Shown here: positions 54,641 through 63,701 of the stretch, in pieces
How the letters are laid out: the number at the start of each line of letters is the position of its first letter
Position numbering within the stretch: the first letter of the stretch is position 1
From: Nitrospinota bacterium
GTDB lineage: Bacteria; Nitrospinota_A; UBA7883; JACRLM01
NCBI GenBank assembly: GCA_016235255.1
Contig: JACRLM010000031.1
Span: 43,763 to 107,762, forward strand
DNA length: 64,000 nucleotides
Direction: 5' to 3'
Notes under the pieces: model-generated
Told to the model about the DNA's origin: nothing
What the model saw: the letters and a program-made list of their open reading frames with translations, nothing else
Database searches by the model: none
Program-made: the position numbers and the translations under genes

Positions 54641-56818
54641 CTAATTCTCATCCGCGTGTTTGGCGCTTTTAAGCCCCGCTTCCGCCGCCGGATCCGGCCG
54701 GGCGGAAGGGGCGTATATACGCCGGTATAGGACCATGTTGCGCATCACTTTTTTCACATACTCCCTAGTCTCAAGATATGGTATCAATTCCACGAACTCG
54801 TCGTCGTCATGATTTCCAAACCGCGCGTCCCACCTGTCCACGGCGGGGGCTCCGGCGTTATACGCCGCGATGGCGCGGGGGAGGTTGCCCTTGTAACGGG
54901 CCACAAGCTCCTGGAAATATGCCGCGCCGAGGGTCACGTTCGTCTCCGGGTCGAATAACGACAAAGGATCAAACTTCACGGCGGGCTCACGCCCGGAGCC
55001 TGTTTTCTCGAAAATCACCTTGCCTGTGGAGGGTATCAGCTGCATCAGCCCCCGCGCGTTGGCCGGCGACAGCGCGCCGGGATTGAAAGCCGACTCCTGC
55101 TTTATTATCGCAAGGGTCATAAACGGGCTGATCCCACGGCTGGCCGAGGCGCCGCGTATGATCTCCCAATGGCTCACCGGATACACGGCCCGCCAGTATG
55201 GGTCGGTGTAATCCGCCGCGCGCTCGGCGAATATGGGCGAAGTGAGCAGGCGGATGGACTGGTCCGCCGCCCCCGCCCTCCGGTATAACGAAGCAAGCCA
55301 CAAGGTCTCCTCCGATCCACCGCCTGTAAGCCCGCCTATGGCGCCAGCCTCCATCCTCGCCCCTTCCATGTGGCCGATCTGGGCCAGCATTTCAAACCGC
55401 TGATAGCGCCGCAGCGCCTCCTCGGCAAGATGCGCGGGGGGAGCGGTAAAAGCGCCGGTAACCGGATCGATGTCCGCCATGTCCACAGCGCTTTCTCCAA
55501 TTCCTTCCGCCATTGTCCCGTAATATGTGCGCGGATGCTTGCGTGTCAGCGTCGCCATTAAAGCGCTGGCCGATTCGCCGTCCCCCGCACGGCTTTGCGC
55601 CCGGGCCGCCCAATACAGTAATTTCCCGTCATTATTGAATGAACCCGCCTTTTCGGCGGCGCGCTGGAAATACTTCGCCGCTTCCTTGAATTTCCCCTGC
55701 CGGTACTCTACCCATCCCAGCTTCCATCGAATTTCATCTTCCGCAGCGGGAGCAAGCCCCATTGCCAGCGCCCTTGAGTAATGCGATCTGGCGCCGGGGA
55801 AATCCCCCCGGGCCTCGGCGATCTTGCCCATAAGTATCCGCGCCTTTCCAGCCGCTTCGCACGTCGGCTCGGCCTTGATTAATTTAGACGCAGTCTCCAG
55901 CGCCTCGCCCCCCATGTCCAGGTTCCACTGGATAGACGCCATGTGATACATGGCCCATGCGGCGTGGCTGCTTTTCGGGAATTCGTCCAAAAGCCTTTGA
56001 TAGCGGTCAAGCGCCTTCTTGCGCTCACGCCCCTTGTTGTAAGCTTCGCCAAGTTTCAACAGGGCGCTCTCGCGCTGATGCGGCGGCGTGGCGGATTCGA
56101 TCACGCTCTCCAGCTCTTCGGCCGCCTCAGTATATTTGTACGCCGCCTTGAGTTTCTCCGCCCGTTCCATCCGCTGATTGATGGTGGTGATTTCCAGGTT
56201 TTCCCGCAGAGTCTCGTCCGCTCCGCTTTCGATGGAGTCTATCGCGGCCTTCGCCTTTGACGCCGCGCTGGAAGCCGGATATGAAAGATAGATGTCCATG
56301 AAAACGGCATGGGCTCCTGCGGCGTCTCCTTCTTTAAGCTTGAGCGTCCCTTCGATGAAAAGCCGCTCTGGGGCGAATTCGTTTGGAACATCCGCCGCGC
56401 CGATCAACTCCAGATATTCGCCGCACTTTTCCATCCCGGCGTCAGCGCAAGCGGCCCTGACCCGCAATTCGTTGGCCTTGGCCTGTAACGGGGTGTCCGG
56501 ATATCTTTCCAGCATGGTGTTCATGATGGACAAGGCTTCGGCGGGGCGCCTGTCTTCCATCTCCATGCGGGCCAGGTCATACGCCGCATAGTCACCAATG
56601 ATGAACGCGGCGGAACCGAGCTTTGCAAACTCCCGGCGAGCTTCGGAATATTTCCCTGCCTGCTTGAGTTTGCGGGCGCTTTGATACGCCATCGCATGGC
56701 CGCCGGAATCTTTTGACGTGGACTTGAAGGCCGCCGGGCGCTGATCCGGAGTTGTCCCGCACGACGCTAACGAAAGCGCGCTAATGAGCGACGCGGTGAC
56801 GAGCGAAATATTCCGCAA
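54641..56818 (-). CDS. Soluble lytic murein transglycosylase-like lipoprotein (superhelical TPR-like N-domain plus SLT domain)
   Basis: The C-terminal AIIKQESAFNPGALSPANARGLMQLIPSTG is the SLT catalytic motif (ES..GLMQ). Start inferred as TTG at 56818, giving MRNISLVTASLISALSLASC (lipobox LASC). The listed ATG at 56899 would overlap miaA by 119 nt. Confidence 0.75.
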   Translation of the reverse strand: MRNISLVTASLISALSLASCGTTPDQRPAAFKSTSKDSGGHAMAYQSARKLKQAGKYSEARREFAKLGSAAFIIGDYAAYDLARMEMEDRRPAEALSIMNTMLERYPDTPLQAKANELRVRAACADAGMEKCGEYLELIGAADVPNEFAPERLFIEGTLKLKEGDAAGAHAVFMDIYLSYPASSAASKAKAAIDSIESGADETLRENLEITTINQRMERAEKLKAAYKYTEAAEELESVIESATPPHQRESALLKLGEAYNKGRERKKALDRYQRLLDEFPKSSHAAWAMYHMASIQWNLDMGGEALETASKLIKAEPTCEAAGKARILMGKIAEARGDFPGARSHYSRALAMGLAPAAEDEIRWKLGWVEYRQGKFKEAAKYFQRAAEKAGSFNNDGKLLYWAARAQSRAGDGESASALMATLTRKHPRTYYGTMAEGIGESAVDMADIDPVTGAFTAPPAHLAEEALRRYQRFEMLAQIGHMEGARMEAGAIGGLTGGGSEETLWLASLYRRAGAADQSIRLLTSPIFAERAADYTDPYWRAVYPVSHWEIIRGASASRGISPFMTLAIIKQESAFNPGALSPANARGLMQLIPSTGKVIFEKTGSGREPAVKFDPLSLFDPETNVTLGAAYFQELVARYKGNLPRAIAAYNAGAPAVDRWDARFGNHDDDEFVELIPYLETREYVKKVMRNMVLYRRIYAPSARPDPAAEAGLKSAKHADEN

Positions 56819-57758
56819 CTTCCGTCCTTGCGAATATGGCGTCCGCCACGGCGCTTGCCGTGTCTGCCGCTCCGGCGGGTATGCAAATGGCGTTTTCAAC
56901 CTTCTTGAACCATGTTATCTGCCGCTTGGCGAAATTCCTGGTTTCCTTCTTTATCGTCTCCGCCGATTGGGCGGCGGGAATGGCGCCTTCAATCTCCCGC
57001 AGCAACGTCTTGTAGCCCAAAGCCCTCATCGGCTTTGTTTTTTCATTATAACCTTTTTCCTTCAGCCTTTTAACCTCTTCGCGCCATCCTTCTTCCATCA
57101 TCTCGTCCACCCTTTTCCCGATCCGGTCATATAAGACCTTGCGATCCGGGCTTATCACGATCACCAGCGCGTCCCACTCAGGCCGGTTCGGATTCCGGGC
57201 GTATATGCCGCTCATGGTCTTTCCGGTGGCAAGGAACACCCCCAGGCATCGCCGGATGCGGAAATTGTCGTTCGGATGGATTTTCGCCATCCACACCGGG
57301 TCGGCCTCAACGGCCCGTTTGTATAGCCCCGCAAGCCCCTCGGCCGCCTCGATGGCGTCCATGCAAAGCTCCGTCCTCTCGTCCGCCCGCACGCCGCAAT
57401 GCAATCCTTCGGTCAACGCCTTGATGTACAGCCCAGTGCCGCCCACCACCAGTGGGATTTTGACGCGTCTCCACATATCCCGCGCGATGGCCTCCGCCTG
57501 TTCCCGGAACATCCCCACCGTGTAGTTTTCGTCCGGCCCGGCCACGCTTACCAGATGGTGTTTCACCCGCGCCAATTGCCGCGCGGTGGGCTTGGCGGAG
57601 CCGATGTCGAAATGTTTATATACCTGCACCGAGTCGGCGGAGATTATTTCTGTTCCAAGCCTTTCGGCCACGATGACGCCGGTCTCTGTCTTGCCGCAGG
57701 CCGTCGGCCCGGCGATCACCAGCAGCGGCGGCGGAGCGTCCGGGTTATCTGGACACAT
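56781..57758 (-). CDS. miaA: tRNA dimethylallyltransferase
   Basis: LLVIAGPTACGKTETGV..ISADSVQVYKHFDIGSAKP. Confidence 0.9.
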   Translation of the reverse strand: MCPDNPDAPPPLLVIAGPTACGKTETGVIVAERLGTEIISADSVQVYKHFDIGSAKPTARQLARVKHHLVSVAGPDENYTVGMFREQAEAIARDMWRRVKIPLVVGGTGLYIKALTEGLHCGVRADERTELCMDAIEAAEGLAGLYKRAVEADPVWMAKIHPNDNFRIRRCLGVFLATGKTMSGIYARNPNRPEWDALVIVISPDRKVLYDRIGKRVDEMMEEGWREEVKRLKEKGYNEKTKPMRALGYKTLLREIEGAIPAAQSAETIKKETRNFAKRQITWFKKVENAICIPAGAADTASAVADAIFARTEVAEYFARHRVAH

Positions 57759-58458
57759 ATCTGGCGATTATCCTGTTGAATTCGTCCGAGTCCGCCCCGT
57801 CGCCTTTTTTAAGCACAAGCGCGGATTGCTCTTCCGCATTTCCTTTATGACCGAGCCTCGCTTCCGAAAGGAAAAGGATCGGGGGCGATCCTGTGAAGGA
57901 TTTTACGTCACGCACCCTTGTTTCGCCAAAACCGTGCCGCGCAAGGATCGCACAGTATTCATCGCGCCGCTCATGGATCATCGTTATCCAAAGCGCCCCC
58001 CCCTCTTTTAAAACATGCGAGGCCGATTTCACAAGCCCGTCCAGGGTCATCATTATCTCGTGCCGCGCCGCCGCCTTGGCCGGATCGGGATTGAGCCTGC
58101 CGGAGCCTTTGCGCCGGTATGGAGGATTGGAGACAACAGCATCGAACGTCCCTTTTGAAAACAGTTTTGGCGATTCCATCATGTCCCCCGTCACAACATG
58201 ATAGTTTTCAAGCCCGTTGTTGCGCGCGTTCTCTTCCGCCAGCCGAGCAAGCTCCGGGTTTATCTCCAGCGCCGTTATTTTTATCCTCGGATTTTCGATG
58301 CCGATCAATATGGACACCACCCCCACCCCCGCTCCCATGTCCAGAAGCGCCCCCGCTCCCGCCGGACGGAAAAAATCGGCCAGAGCGAACGAATCGCGGT
58401 TGTACCTGTAGCCAGTCTCGCGCTGGTTGAGGCTTAATGTTTTATATGAATGGGCCAT
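57745..58458 (-). CDS. Class I SAM-dependent N6-adenine methyltransferase, tRNA (adenine37-N6)-methyltransferase-like (YfiC/TrmN6)
   Basis: LDMGAGVGVVSI (motif I) and DAVVSNPPY (the NPPY N6-amino methyltransferase motif). The product is 237 aa. Confidence 0.6.
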   Translation of the reverse strand: MAHSYKTLSLNQRETGYRYNRDSFALADFFRPAGAGALLDMGAGVGVVSILIGIENPRIKITALEINPELARLAEENARNNGLENYHVVTGDMMESPKLFSKGTFDAVVSNPPYRRKGSGRLNPDPAKAAARHEIMMTLDGLVKSASHVLKEGGALWITMIHERRDEYCAILARHGFGETRVRDVKSFTGSPPILFLSEARLGHKGNAEEQSALVLKKGDGADSDEFNRIIARYVSR

Positions 58459-58662
58459 GGGGAGTGGGATATCGTTCTATTTTTTCAATAATATCATATC
58501 TCAACTGACGGGGGTCTTCTTGATCCGGCTATCTTCGCGACGCCGGTATAGTGCCTGCAATTGCCACCGTCAAAGGTGGCGCTGCAACGGAACCCAGGGA
58601 GCGCGGGGTGGCACGGCCACGGCGGAATTCCCGCATCACATAAATGGAACCTCAAAGACTCC

Positions 58663-58940
58663 ATAACGTTTCCCCGTGGCCGCCTCCATTAACGCTTCCC
58701 CGTGGTCGCTGACCACGGATTCCTAAAGCGAGGAACCGGGGACTTCGTGGAAGCGCGGGCATCTTGCCCGCACTAATTAGACGGAGCATCAAAGGCTCCA
58801 TAATGCTTCCCTGTGGTTACCTCTACTAACGCTTACCGCTGTCCGGGGTGTTGTAGCCCGCAAGGGCGGTCACCCCGGACTCTTTGTGCTCCGTTCAGGA
58901 AGGCGGGGTGACGCGCTTCGCGCTCAAACACCCCGCCGAG
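58663..58940. repeat. Composite palindromic intergenic repeat element, copy B (diverged)
   Basis: Shares the ~95-nt core ...TTAACGCTTCCCCGTGGTCGCTGACCACGGATTCCTAAAGCG(A)GGAACCGGGGACTTCGTGG(A)AGCGCGGGCATCTTGCCCGCACTAATTAGACGG... and the CGGGGTG..CACCCCG hairpin with copy A. It lacks the 3' partner of the long inverted repeat and has an 18-nt insertion in one hairpin loop. Confidence 0.55.
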
Positions 58941-58993
58941 CGGCAGAAGGCTGGCCGATGGCGATTAAAGGAGGGGATATAACTACTATGCGC

Positions 58994-60205
58994 TCACCAC
59001 CCGAATTCAAGCTTCGGGGCTCCGTATTTCACCATCGCCATGTAATATCTCTCGAACGCGTGTTTCATCCAGTGGTACACGCGCCCTCTGTCGTGGCGCA
59101 GCTTGTTGCGGGGCGGCAGAAGGGGCGAAGCGGAAATATAAAATGCTGTGTCCCCCGCGTCGGCTATGCAGATCACCGAAAAGTCCTTCCCCCGTTTTTT
59201 GGCCCCACCCCGGATGTCCGCCACGATGTTATGGGCGGCCGCTTCCGCCATGGCGCCGGTCATCTGCCCGGTCTTGGGAACGCCGACCGCCACTGGCGTC
59301 TCGGCTGGAGGCGGTATGGCAAGGGTCACCCCCACCGCATAAACGTTCTGGTATTTAGGGTTCGCAAGATAATCGTCACCAATTATGAATCCGCGCGGAT
59401 TTGAAAATCCTTCAATCCCCATATATGCATGGCTGCCGAAAAACGCGGGGACGATCAGAGAAAAATCGCTTTTCCATTTATCACCGTCGCCAAACTCCAC
59501 CCCGTCCGGCAACACTTGCGTCAACTTCGCGTTTGTTTTCCACGCGATCCCACGGTCGGCGAACTCGTCTTCCATCATCCGGCCCATGGCGCCAAAACCG
59601 CCAACGCCAAAATGACCGAGGAAAGGCTCGTTTGTGAAAAGTGATATCTTGAACTTGGGGCGGATTTTAAGGCCCCGCAACTTGGTGTCCATCATCATGG
59701 CCAGTTCGTACACCGGGCCAAGGCAGGAGGCCCCCGGCGCGTTGCCCAGCACTATATGGCCACTCCCCCGTTCGATCAGCGCGTCGAGCGCGCTTTTGGT
59801 CTGCATCGCCTGATGAACGTTGAAAATGGAATAACTGTTCCCCCCTTCCGGCCCCATTCCCGGTATGGCGGAAAAATCAAGCTCCGACCCTGTGGCGGCC
59901 ACAAGGTAGTCATAATCGTATTCGCCCGCGGAGCCCCGGACGCGGCATTTGTCCGGCTCGGCCTTCACTATAGTGTCATGGATGAATTTGATCCCAAGCT
60001 TTCCCAACCGCACGGCCACGTCCGCCTGTATGTCTTCCGGATTTTTCCATCCCATCGCCACCCATGGGAGCGACGGGACGAATGTGAACATTTTTTCGGA
60101 GGAGACCACCGTCACATCATCGGTGGGGCCAAGGGAATACCGCAGCGCAACCGCCGCGTTGAACCCGCCGAAAGACGAACCTGAAACGACGATCCTTTTG
60201 CCCAT
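58994..60205 (-). CDS. FAD-dependent pyridine nucleotide-disulfide oxidoreductase, sulfide:quinone oxidoreductase (SQR)-like
   Basis: RIVVSGSSFGGFNAA is the N-terminal FAD-binding motif. The 403-aa length and Cys positions (GASCLGPVYE ~160; VICIADAGD ~340) resemble SQR/flavocytochrome-c family proteins. Confidence 0.5.
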   Translation of the reverse strand: MGKRIVVSGSSFGGFNAAVALRYSLGPTDDVTVVSSEKMFTFVPSLPWVAMGWKNPEDIQADVAVRLGKLGIKFIHDTIVKAEPDKCRVRGSAGEYDYDYLVAATGSELDFSAIPGMGPEGGNSYSIFNVHQAMQTKSALDALIERGSGHIVLGNAPGASCLGPVYELAMMMDTKLRGLKIRPKFKISLFTNEPFLGHFGVGGFGAMGRMMEDEFADRGIAWKTNAKLTQVLPDGVEFGDGDKWKSDFSLIVPAFFGSHAYMGIEGFSNPRGFIIGDDYLANPKYQNVYAVGVTLAIPPPAETPVAVGVPKTGQMTGAMAEAAAHNIVADIRGGAKKRGKDFSVICIADAGDTAFYISASPLLPPRNKLRHDRGRVYHWMKHAFERYYMAMVKYGAPKLEFGW

Positions 60206-60233
60206 GCGCCGTCCCCTTTTTGAAAGGAAGATT

Positions 60234-60593
60234 TTAGAAAGTGACCACTTTATCCGAGCTCATAGTCCAGTCGTAAAGCAACTGCATGGATCCGGCGGCG
60301 ATTTCTCCGATCATGTCCCCCGTGCCAATCCCGCAACGGTCTATGCATGTCTTGCAGTATTTTACCTCCACTCCCTGCTCCGCTGTTTCTTTGAGCATAT
60401 CGGCCAGGTTGAAGTAATTTTCGGGGGGTTGCAGGCCGCTTCGCCCGGCGTCCACACCGTTGTTGATAAGGAAAATACGGGTCGCGGTCCCGTTTTTGAC
60501 CGATGTTTGCGCCAGCCGCATGGCGTTCCAAACGTTGTCAGTCCCATTATACGGAGCGGAACTTATGATGATAAGAAGTGACTTTCCAGCCAT
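60234..60593 (-). CDS. DsrE/DsrF/TusD-like sulfur-relay family protein
   Basis: ~119 aa; SLLIIISSAPYNGTDNVWNAMRLAQ... with a Cys cluster KYCKTCIDRCGIG. GGAGGAGG lies 9 nt upstream of the ATG at 60593. Confidence 0.5.
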   Translation of the reverse strand: MAGKSLLIIISSAPYNGTDNVWNAMRLAQTSVKNGTATRIFLINNGVDAGRSGLQPPENYFNLADMLKETAEQGVEVKYCKTCIDRCGIGTGDMIGEIAAGSMQLLYDWTMSSDKVVTF

Positions 60594-60672
60594 AATCGCC
60601 ATCCTCCTCCAGAGATAATGGCCGATTATCCAGCCTTAACAATAAAATGTCAAGACTGCTAACCGTTAGAGG

Positions 60673-61134
60673 TCAAGCTCCGGAGGATTGCACAAGACAC
60701 CGGGGGCCGATGTCCCGCCCCTGGTGTATCTTCATGTCTTTGTTCTTGTCGTACGTCAGGTAGATCGGGCATCCGTAACAGGTGCGCATGTCCGTCTGGC
60801 CCGATTCGGCTATGGCTTCCCAGCATTTTTTTGCCGTGGCGCCATACGCCGGGCAATCCCCCTGCCGTCCGCACTGTTTGATCTCCCAGCAGGGCGCCAT
60901 CATGTAAAGAAGTTTTAGCCCTGTAATAGTCATGCCGACTTTTTCCAGGTAGAAACGGATGTTCTTGATAAACTGGATATCGTTGTTCGAATACCGCCGC
61001 TGGCTGTTTATCCGGGCCGGTTTTATGAATCCCGCCTTCTCGTATTCGCGCAGCATCCTCGGAGTGGTACCGCACACTTCCGCCGCCACGTTGATCGGGT
61101 AAAGGGGCTTTGAGTCTTCAAATTCTGTTTCCAT
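60673..61134 (-). CDS. MerR-family transcriptional regulator with a Cys-rich C-terminal extension (6 Cys)
   Basis: YPINVAAEVCGTTPRMLREYEKAGFIKPARINSQRRYSNNDIQFIKNIRFY is the MerR HTH. The C-terminus is APCWEIKQCGRQGDCPAYGATAKKCWEAIAESGQTDMRTCYGCP. The listed 447-aa ORF is an artefactual upstream extension that overlaps the + strand M50 protease gene. Confidence 0.6.
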   Translation of the reverse strand: METEFEDSKPLYPINVAAEVCGTTPRMLREYEKAGFIKPARINSQRRYSNNDIQFIKNIRFYLEKVGMTITGLKLLYMMAPCWEIKQCGRQGDCPAYGATAKKCWEAIAESGQTDMRTCYGCPIYLTYDKNKDMKIHQGRDIGPRCLVQSSGA

Positions 61135-61215
61135 CCATCTGATAATACACCAAATGGAGGAATTTTTCCCATTTTGGCCTGTGGCGGGGCGCAAGTTGTA
61201 TGGTAAATTGTCCTG

Positions 61216-61920
61216 ATGGACACAGGAAATATCGGCCATCTTATCCAGACGATTTCGGTGATGGCCATCCCCGTTGTGCTTGCGGTGACTCTCCATGAGG
61301 TGGCACACGGATACATGGCCCACCTCAAAGGGGACGACACCGCCAAGATCATGGGAAGGCTCACACTCAATCCCTTGGCGCATGTGGACATCTTCGGCAC
61401 CGTGATCCTGCCCATCGTGTTCTACGCCACCACTGGGTTCCTTTTCGCCTACGCAAAGCCTGTGCCGGTGAACTTTTTCAACCTGCGCAGCCCGAAGCGG
61501 GACATGGTGTGGGTGTCGGCGGCGGGGCCTTTGACAAACGTAATCCTGGCGGTGATATCGGCTTTTGCGATAAAAGGGATCGGGTGGCTTTACCCTGAAT
61601 CCTTGCTGGAAGTGTACGCCAACATCCAGGGGGGTGGCGCCGGGGCCGGCAGCGTGGTGATCGTGCCGGTGATATACATGCTTTACTTCTCCGTGCTTCT
61701 CAACACCATCCTGGCGGTCATCAACCTTATCCCCATCCCACCCGCCGACGGGGGGAGGATCGTGGTCGGCCTTCTTCCGGAGCCGCATTCCTCTTCTTAC
61801 GCCCGGATAGAGCCTTTCGGCATGTTCCTTTTGATTTTCATCCTTTTCTTCAACCCGTTGCATATTATAGACGTCACGATCCACCCGCTGATACGGTGGG
61901 TGCTCGACCTTCTGTTGTGA
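61216..61920 (+). CDS. Site-2 protease family (peptidase M50) membrane metalloprotease
   Basis: HEVAHGY (HExxH) in a TM helix and NLIPIPPADGGR (the LDG motif). Confidence 0.7.
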   Translation: MDTGNIGHLIQTISVMAIPVVLAVTLHEVAHGYMAHLKGDDTAKIMGRLTLNPLAHVDIFGTVILPIVFYATTGFLFAYAKPVPVNFFNLRSPKRDMVWVSAAGPLTNVILAVISAFAIKGIGWLYPESLLEVYANIQGGGAGAGSVVIVPVIYMLYFSVLLNTILAVINLIPIPPADGGRIVVGLLPEPHSSSYARIEPFGMFLLIFILFFNPLHIIDVTIHPLIRWVLDLLL

Positions 61921-61937
61921 CAGGGGCTTAGGATAAA

Positions 61938-62948
61938 ATGGGCAAAAAACGGATACTCTCCGGCATGCAGACCACTGGGAACCTGCACATAGGCAACCTT
62001 CTTGGCGCCCTTTCAAACTGGGTGCGGCTGCAGGACGAGTACGAATGCTACTATTTCGCGGCGGACTGGCACGCCCTCTCCTCCAACTACGAGGAAACGG
62101 GGCATTTGAAGGACAACCTGCTGGACCTGGCGGTAAACTGGCTGGCCGCCGGGCTGGACCCGAAAAAGTGCGTCATGTTCGTCCAGTCGCTCATCCCGGA
62201 GCACGCGGTGCTGCACCTTTTATTTTCCATGATCACGCCATTGCCGTGGCTGGAGCGGGTGCCAAGCTATAAGGAAAAAATGGAGCAGGTGGAAAACAGG
62301 GACCTGCACACATACGGATTTTTGGGCTACCCGGTGCTGCAGGCGGCGGACATCGTGTTGTACAAGGCGGATTTCGTGCCGGTGGGGATAGACCAGATGC
62401 CGCACCTGGAGCTGACCCGCGAGTTAGTCCGCAGGTTCCACGACATCTACAAATGCCGTGTGTTCGTGGAGCCGGCGGGACTTATGAGCGAGGTGCCAAA
62501 ACTCCCCGGGGTGGACGGGCGCAAGATGAGCAAATCGTACAACAACGCCATATATCTTTCGGACTCGAAAGAGGTTATGGCGGCAAAAATAAAAAATATA
62601 GTCACCGACCCGGCCAGGGTGCGAAGGACCGACCCCGGTGATCCGGACAAGTGCGTCGCCTACAGCTTTCACAAGGTGTTCACATCGAAGGAGGACACGT
62701 CCGCCGTCGAATCGGAATGCCGCTCCGCCGCGAGAGGATGCGTGGACTGCAAAAAACAACTCGCCGGAAACATATTCTCCAAGCTCGCGCCGCTGCTCGA
62801 AGGCCGGGAACACTGGAAAGCCCGCCCCAAGGAAGCGCTGGACATTTTTTATAACGGGACGCAGAAGGCCCGCGAAGTTGCCCGGCAGACCATAGCCGAG
62901 GCCGAGGCGGCGATGAAGATAGATATAAAGGCGATGTTCGGGGAGTAA
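61938..62948 (+). CDS. trpS: Tryptophan--tRNA ligase
   Basis: ILSGMQTTGNLHIGN (HIGH-class) and KMSKS. The product is 336 aa. Confidence 0.95.
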   Translation: MGKKRILSGMQTTGNLHIGNLLGALSNWVRLQDEYECYYFAADWHALSSNYEETGHLKDNLLDLAVNWLAAGLDPKKCVMFVQSLIPEHAVLHLLFSMITPLPWLERVPSYKEKMEQVENRDLHTYGFLGYPVLQAADIVLYKADFVPVGIDQMPHLELTRELVRRFHDIYKCRVFVEPAGLMSEVPKLPGVDGRKMSKSYNNAIYLSDSKEVMAAKIKNIVTDPARVRRTDPGDPDKCVAYSFHKVFTSKEDTSAVESECRSAARGCVDCKKQLAGNIFSKLAPLLEGREHWKARPKEALDIFYNGTQKAREVARQTIAEAEAAMKIDIKAMFGE

Positions 62949-62990
62949 TTGCGGGGAAATGTGGAATATAATAGCTACACGGATTGAATC

Positions 62991-63308
62991 ATGATTACCG
63001 AAGACAAAATCATGGAAGCGGCCAGGCTCATCGGCGAGGCGGCCAAACCCGCCAAGGTGATCCTGTTCGGTTCCTACGCTCGCGGAGAGGCCACTGAGGA
63101 TTCCGACCTGGATTTCCTTGTCATAGAGCCCGCCGTGGATGACAAGGGACAAGAAATGGTGCGCCTTCACAAGGCGCTCCGCCCTCTCCGGATGACGGCG
63201 GACGTGCTGGTTTATTCCGAAGCCGAAGTGAAGGAGCGGCAAGATTGGTGTTCAACGCCCGTGTATTGGGCGTTGCGCGAAGGCAAGGTGGTTTACGAAA
63301 CAAGATGA
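62991..63308 (+). CDS. Nucleotidyltransferase (MNT) family antitoxin-like protein
   Basis: ILFGSYARGEATEDSDLDFLV is the GS..RG..x(n)..DxD pol-beta nucleotidyltransferase motif. Confidence 0.75.
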   Translation: MITEDKIMEAARLIGEAAKPAKVILFGSYARGEATEDSDLDFLVIEPAVDDKGQEMVRLHKALRPLRMTADVLVYSEAEVKERQDWCSTPVYWALREGKVVYETR

Positions 63309-63682
63309 AAAAGGAAGCCAAAATCCTTTTGCAGGTCGCGCAGAGAGATTACGTGGCTTTCGATATCCTCAGGAGAAATCCTGACGCCCATTTGAACAAT
63401 GTCCTTTTCAACGCACAGCAATGCGCCGAAAAACTGATTAAGGCCGCGCTGGCGTTCAATGAAGTTTATTACAAGAAAACACACAACCTCATTGAACTGT
63501 ATTATCAACTGGAAGAAAAAGATATCCCATTTCCGGCCAGCATGGACGACCTTGAGAAACTCAATCCGTACGCTGTCGGATTCAGGTATGAAAGCAGCGA
63601 GATCGGCCTGATGTCCCGGGAAGAAGCGGCGGAACTATTGAATATTTTGCGCGAGTGGGCGAAGCAAATCGTCGGCGAGTAG
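63305..63682 (+). CDS. HEPN-domain protein (toxin-like partner of MNT)
   Basis: ATGA overlap with the MNT gene. The fold is helical, and LIKAALAFNEVYYKKTHNLIELY is a HEPN-like R-x4-6-H region. Confidence 0.65.
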   Translation: MKKEAKILLQVAQRDYVAFDILRRNPDAHLNNVLFNAQQCAEKLIKAALAFNEVYYKKTHNLIELYYQLEEKDIPFPASMDDLEKLNPYAVGFRYESSEIGLMSREEAAELLNILREWAKQIVGE

Positions 63683-63701
63683 CCCATTCATGAGTTTTTC
63701 C

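Noticed and set aside
60673-62016. 447-aa minus-strand ORF
   Set aside because: Only the C-terminal 153 aa (MerR HTH plus Cys-rich tail, from ATG 61134) are protein-like. The N-terminal extension is His/Arg-rich junk that overlaps the + strand M50 protease gene (61216-61920).
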